Under the pieces are notes generated by a model. That model was given only the letters and a program-made list of their open reading frames with translations. It had not been told where the DNA came from and ran no database searches. 64,000 nt of DNA from an uncultured Candidatus Rokubacteria bacterium. GTDB taxonomy: Bacteria > Methylomirabilota > Methylomirabilia > Rokubacteriales > CSP1-6. Both the position numbers and the translations under genes were made by a program. How positions within the stretch are numbered: the stretch's first letter is position 1; each line of letters starts with the position of its first letter. The DNA lies in assembly GCA_963754315.1 (NCBI GenBank), contig CAVWFS010000009.1:32001-96000 (forward strand). The letters are read 5' to 3'. This document shows positions 59,645 through 64,000 of this stretch, one piece after another.

Positions 59645-59953
59645 ATGAATTACGCAACCGCAATCGTCATCGCCGCGGGTCTGATTGCTGGCGCTTTTCT
59701 AAACCACGTGGTGGCGCCGCTGATCGTGGATGGAACCGGGACGGTGCAGTCGCAGCCGCCGCAGTCGCCCCCCGTCGGTAAGTACGCGATTGCCACTGAC
59801 GGCACTTCCAAGGGAAGTATATGGCGGGTCGATACAGCTACCGGCCAGCTATGGCACTGCTACGCGGTCGGGGGGCCCGCCCCGGCCGACCCAGGCACCA
59901 TCAGGTGCAAAACCGAACCAGCCCCGCCGAAAGGCGTTGAGGGCAAAAAGTGA
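59645..59953 (+). CDS. Small membrane-anchored hypothetical protein
   Basis: AAGGAGG RBS, hydrophobic N-terminus, WRVDTATGQLWHC. Confidence 0.6.
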   Translation: MNYATAIVIAAGLIAGAFLNHVVAPLIVDGTGTVQSQPPQSPPVGKYAIATDGTSKGSIWRVDTATGQLWHCYAVGGPAPADPGTIRCKTEPAPPKGVEGKK

Positions 59954-60410
59954 GAATGTAGGCTTGCCGGGACGTCTGCAGCCGATGCTGGGCGGCCTGC
60001 CACCAGGGGGCTCGGGGACGATCCGGAGCGCCTCGTTGACGGGGGCGCTGATCCGGTCGTCCTTGGGCTGGAGCGTCGGCTTCTTCATCCCCCAGCCGTC
60101 CCGCTTCTTCCTCCTGCCCCACCCCAGCACTCCCGGTAGAGATCTACCCATCGTGCTTCTCTAGGCCTCGGGCCGGGACGAAAATGGGGCTCGTTCAGGG
60201 GAAAAGTATGTCTGGGAGTGCTGAACTTACAAGCTAAAGTCTGGGCTCGGTGGTAGCCCGAACGGGGCCCAACCGAAAGGCCAGTGCTGAGATTCCCCAC
60301 TATCACCGTGCGGAGACGCTCGGGCTTTGGCCGAGCCGATGAAACACTGTTACGAGGATTGTTACGCCAATAGACATACTGGACCAGCCTCAGATCAAGG
60401 GAGGCGCTTC

Positions 60411-61168
60411 ATGCACAAACATTTCAAATCCTTATTGTTTCGTGCCGTCCCGGTCGTAGCGGCGGCCCTTGCCGCAATGCTGATGCTCGTGCTGGCTTCG
60501 GCTGCTCTGGCGGAGCGCCCTGCCCACTCGCGCATCTACCCGAAGGGTGCCCACCCGTTCGGGAAGAGCTACCCCGCTTGGACTGCAGCGTGGTGGCAGT
60601 GGGGACTCGCTCTGCCAGTCGAGGGCCATCCGTTCCTCAACGACGGCTTCTTCGATTGCAACAGCGCGAACAACGGCCAATCCGGCCGCGTGTGGTTCCT
60701 GGCGTTGTCGCCTTCGGAGGTGCCCCTGGTCGAGCGTAGCTGCACCATTCCGGCCCACACGGCTCTGCTTCTCGCGCTGACCGTCGCGGAGTGCTCCGAC
60801 CTCGAAGGTTCCCCGACGGCGCAAAGGGGACCAGCGCGCTTGCGCGAATTTCTTCGCCGACCACGTCGTTGAGAGTTCCCTCTTCTGCACGATCGACGGC
60901 GAGGAGGTCAAAAACGAACACCTCATCTCCTTCAGATTTGAATCCCGGCAGTTCGCGTTCACCGCGCCTGAGCCGTGGATCTTTAGCCCAAGCGCCGGGA
61001 GGGAGTGGCACGGCTGTCAGCGACGGGTACTTCCTGATGATCAAGCCGCTGTCCCGTGGAGCGCACACGCTGCGCTGCGGCGGGGCGTTCCACTTCTCCG
61101 TCGCGGAGGGCGATCCGTTCGACCTCGACATAGCGTTTGGTAACACCTATCACCTGACTGTGCAGTGA
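60411..61168 (+). CDS. Secreted Cys-containing hypothetical protein; frameshifts near 60820 and 61000
   Basis: GGAGG RBS, signal peptide, WWQW...VWFLA...RSCTIP, then TIDGEEV and AVSDGYFLMIKPLSRGAHTL in other frames. Confidence 0.7.
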
Positions 61169-61407
61169 CACGCCCTGGCGCAGGACCGTCGATGATAGTG
61201 GGCCGACCATTCCAGCCTCGGTGCTTTATGGCCGAGCCACAGGAGGTCCGAGCGCGACCACGACCAGGGGGCGTGGTCTTGCCTGGGACCAAACACTGAG
61301 CTTCGAATCTGTCTAGACAAGAAGGGTCGGCAGCGGGCCGATACCGATCACGATTTCACATCGCGCAAATGACCCCGCAAGGCCGCCCAATCGGCTAGAG
61401 TGCCTTC

Positions 61408-61848
61408 GTGCAAGGTAGAAGCTTGGTGCAGACAGCCGGGGCGACCCTCATCGCTGCGGTCGTGTTAGTCAGCAGCGGGTGCACGCGTCCCGACTGGATC
61501 GAGGCAACGCTGGTGACCGTCGATGTCACGGGCGTCTGGCAGGGAACGGTCCAAGGAGGGACTGGGCCAGGGGTTGCCATTCGGGATGTCACTCTGAATC
61601 TTCGTCAAGAGGGCCCAAAGGTCAAGGGAACGATGGTTTGGACGCGAGGCTCTGGGCCGCTTACGGGTAGTGTCGGTGGCGACGTTTTCCATTTCACCGT
61701 CGTGAGTGGTGGTGAAAGTTCGGGAGGCGAGTTGATAGTCAGCGGAGATGAGATGGTGGGCGATGTGACCTTTCGGGCATTCGAGGGCTCGCGGACGACG
61801 AGAGTCTTTCTGCGCCGAGCCGATGCGCCTGCGAGCCCACGGCGCTAG
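61408..61848 (+). CDS. Putative lipoprotein (small beta-barrel)
   Basis: VVLVSSGC lipobox; DVTGVWQG, LNLRQEGPKVKG. Confidence 0.65.
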   Translation: MQGRSLVQTAGATLIAAVVLVSSGCTRPDWIEATLVTVDVTGVWQGTVQGGTGPGVAIRDVTLNLRQEGPKVKGTMVWTRGSGPLTGSVGGDVFHFTVVSGGESSGGELIVSGDEMVGDVTFRAFEGSRTTRVFLRRADAPASPRR

Positions 61849-61906
61849 AGCCCGTGACTTCGACCTGACCCACTACCCGAATTCACCCCTCACGCCCACC
61901 GACCCG

Positions 61907-63229
61907 CTAGTCGCCGAATAGCCAGCGCGGAAACCAGAGCGCGATCTCGGGAAAGACCATCAGCAGTGCGAGGGCCACCAGCTGCAGGACCATGAAGTCC
62001 GCCATGCCCCGATAGATCGTGCCCAGGCTCCACTGCGGCGCGACCTGCTTGAGATAGTAGGCGGACATGGCCACGGGCGGCGAGAGGTAGGCCGTCTGGA
62101 GGTTCACCGCCACCAGCGCGCCGAACCAGACCATGTCGTACTTCATCGCCGCGATCACCGGATAGAAGATCGGGATGAACACGAAGATGATGGCCGGCCA
62201 CTCGAACGGCCACCCGAGCAGGAAGAGCAGCGCCATCACGATCAGCAGGGTGACGAAGGGCGGAACCGGCAGTCCTGTCAGCGCGTTCGTGATGACGGTC
62301 GCGCTGCCGAGCCGGGCGAAGATCGCGCCGAAGATGTTGGAGGCCACGGCGAGGAACAGCACCATGCTGGTGGTGGTCATCGTCGCGATCACGGCGGCCT
62401 TGACGCCCGCCAGCGTGAGTCGACCATAGGCGAGCGACAGCACGAGCGCGCCCGAGGCGCCCATGGCGGCCGCCTCGGTGGGCGTCACGACGCCAGCCAA
62501 GATGGTCCCGAGTGTCGCCATGATGAGCAGCGCCAGCGGCACCATCCCGACGATGACCTCCCGGAGGACCGCGACAAACGAGGCCGCCCGCTCGTCCTTG
62601 GGGACCGGCGGCCCCAGCGCCGGGTTCCAGAAGCTGCGCCCAAGCGTGTAAACGATGTAGAGGCTGGCCAGCAAGAAGCCGGGCCCGAAGGCCGCGGCAT
62701 AGAGCTTGGCCACCGACACGTTGATCACGGGGCCCATGACGATGAGCATCACGCTCGGCGGGATGAGGATGCCGAGGGTGCCACCAGCCGCGATCGCCCC
62801 CGCGGAGAGACGGGCACTGTAGCCACTGCGGATCATGATCGGCGCCGCCATGATGCCGAGCACCGTCACCGCGGCGCCCACGATGCCGGTGGCCATCGCG
62901 AAGACCGTGGCCGTCAGGATCACGCCAAGGTACAGCGAGCCGCGCACCGGCCCCAGCATCACCTGGAAGGCCCGGAACAGACGTTCCATGAGCCCGGCCT
63001 GCTCGACCACGTACCCCATGAAGATGAAGAGCGGCACCGCGGCCAGCGTCTGCTCCTTCATGAGGCCGATGGTCTGAAAGAACGCGAGATCAAAGACGAT
63101 GGTGCCGAGGCCGAGCCAGCCACAGACGAGGGCGAGGAAGAGGAGCGTGAAGCTGATCGGGAACCCGACGAAGATCACCCCGACCATGAGCAGCAGCATC
63201 GCCATGCCGAGGATCTCGGTGCCGCTCAT
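61907..63229 (-). CDS. dctM: TRAP transporter large permease
   Basis: LAAVPLFIFMG, AGGTLGILIPPS, TPTEAAAMG, YLSPPVA. Confidence 0.95.
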   Translation of the reverse strand: MSGTEILGMAMLLLMVGVIFVGFPISFTLLFLALVCGWLGLGTIVFDLAFFQTIGLMKEQTLAAVPLFIFMGYVVEQAGLMERLFRAFQVMLGPVRGSLYLGVILTATVFAMATGIVGAAVTVLGIMAAPIMIRSGYSARLSAGAIAAGGTLGILIPPSVMLIVMGPVINVSVAKLYAAAFGPGFLLASLYIVYTLGRSFWNPALGPPVPKDERAASFVAVLREVIVGMVPLALLIMATLGTILAGVVTPTEAAAMGASGALVLSLAYGRLTLAGVKAAVIATMTTTSMVLFLAVASNIFGAIFARLGSATVITNALTGLPVPPFVTLLIVMALLFLLGWPFEWPAIIFVFIPIFYPVIAAMKYDMVWFGALVAVNLQTAYLSPPVAMSAYYLKQVAPQWSLGTIYRGMADFMVLQLVALALLMVFPEIALWFPRWLFGD

Positions 63230-63778
63230 ACCTGGATCGTCTCGGCCCGGGTGAGAGCCTCGCCCGTTCGCGCCGCGTAGAGTGACTTCAGCAGCTCCGA
63301 TACGCCCTGGATCAGCAGAAGCAACGCGGTGATCGGCACCACCGCCTTGAAGGGCCAGAGCACCGGTCGCCAGGCGGTCTGCTCCGAGAGCTCGTTCATC
63401 TGCCAGGAGTGCCAGGCTTCGTCCACGCTCGCGTAGAACAGGAGGATCATCGCCGGAAAGAAGAAGAAGATGTACGCGATGGCGTCGATGCGCCCCTTGG
63501 TGCGCGTCGAGAACTTCTCCCACAGCATGTCGGTCCGGATGTGGGCGCCCTTGAGCAGCGTGTAGTGGGCGCCGAGCATGAACAGCGCGCCGTACATCAT
63601 GTAGGAGAGGTCATAGGCCCACAGCGTGGGCGCGTTGAACAGATAGCGCGCGAACCCCTCGTAGGTCAGGGCGAAAACGAGGGGCAGGATCATCCACGCG
63701 ACGATCTGGCCCGTCCACTCGCTGAAGGTGTCGATGGTGCGGATCGTCGCTGATCAGCCTCGGAGCAGGCTTGGCCAT
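63226..63778 (-). CDS. dctQ: TRAP transporter small permease; frameshift near 63750
   Basis: RYLFNAPTLWA, GAHYTLLKGAHIRTD; N-terminus MAKPAPRLI at 63778. Confidence 0.9.
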
Positions 63779-63822
63779 CGGTCGCAAGTCCTCCTCGCCG
63801 CGGGCGACGGGTGGTCATGGAT

Positions 63823-63857
63823 GGGTCCGGCCGGGGGGCGCCGTCCCGGCCGGACCC
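63823..63857. terminator. 13-bp intergenic hairpin between dctP and dctQ
   Basis: GGGTCCGGCCGGG / CCCGGCCGGACCC. Confidence 0.6.
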
Positions 63858-63872
63858 GTTCGAACCGGGTCG

Positions 63873-64000
63873 TTACTTCTTGGCGGGCGCGGCCGGCTTG
63901 TCGGCGGGGGCGGCCGCGGCTGCTTTCTTCTCGGGCCAGTAGTGGTTCGCCGCGAACTCGTAGGGCGGGAACATGAACCGCTTGGCGGGGACGACCACCG
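63873..64000 (-). CDS. dctP: C-terminus of a TRAP solute-binding protein (partial)
   Basis: ...VVVPAKRFMFPPYEFAANHYWPEKKAAAAAPADKPAAPAKK*, upstream of dctQ/dctM. Confidence 0.65.
   Translation of the reverse strand, partial: VVVPAKRFMFPPYEFAANHYWPEKKAAAAAPADKPAAPAKK

Noticed and set aside
59849..60151. Minus-strand 100-aa ORF within the island
   Set aside because: It overlaps the better-supported plus-strand gene and has no motifs.
200..63780. Frameshifts in PKS2, ligase, patatin 1, cyclase A, amidohydrolase, selenoprotein, copD, integrase, dctQ and others, read as programmed frameshifting or mass pseudogenisation
   Set aside because: They are scattered small indels in unrelated genes with otherwise intact motifs and no shared slippery sequence, so long-read consensus error is more likely. 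Raw reads are needed to decide each case.
1..64000. CRISPR array, rRNA or IS transposase
   Set aside because: No regularly spaced repeats, rRNA-like segments or transposase motifs were seen by eye.

Overview
High-GC bacterial DNA. The gene content (many luciferase-like monooxygenases, amidohydrolases, cyclase-ATPase-TPR proteins, TRAP transporter) suggests a soil lineage such as Rokubacteria; this is inference only. Many single-base frameshifts look like long-read assembly errors. Bases 1-26.3 kb hold one tightly coupled minus-strand cluster: Sfp-type PPTase > cyclase/STAND-ATPase/TPR copy A > small helical protein A > type I PKS (KS-AT-DH-KR-ACP-TE, Cys thioesterase) > patatin-like 1 > cyclase/STAND/TPR copy B > patatin-like 2 and 3 > small helical protein B > adenylating ligase > SDR > free ACP > second PKS running off the window. 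All three patatins lack the canonical GxSxG/DGG catalytic motifs, and both cyclase genes carry their own homologous sigma70 promoter. The rest is accessory metabolism: aromatic/heterocycle enzymes, ABC components, two VapBC modules each beside a truncated gene, a hidden PrdB/GrdB-like selenoprotein (in-frame UGA plus SECIS hairpin), a 16-Cys thaumatin-like protein with a 7-repeat propeller partner, a putative aminocyclitol-phospholipid operon, tRNA-Glu with an adjacent integrase island, and a TRAP transporter.
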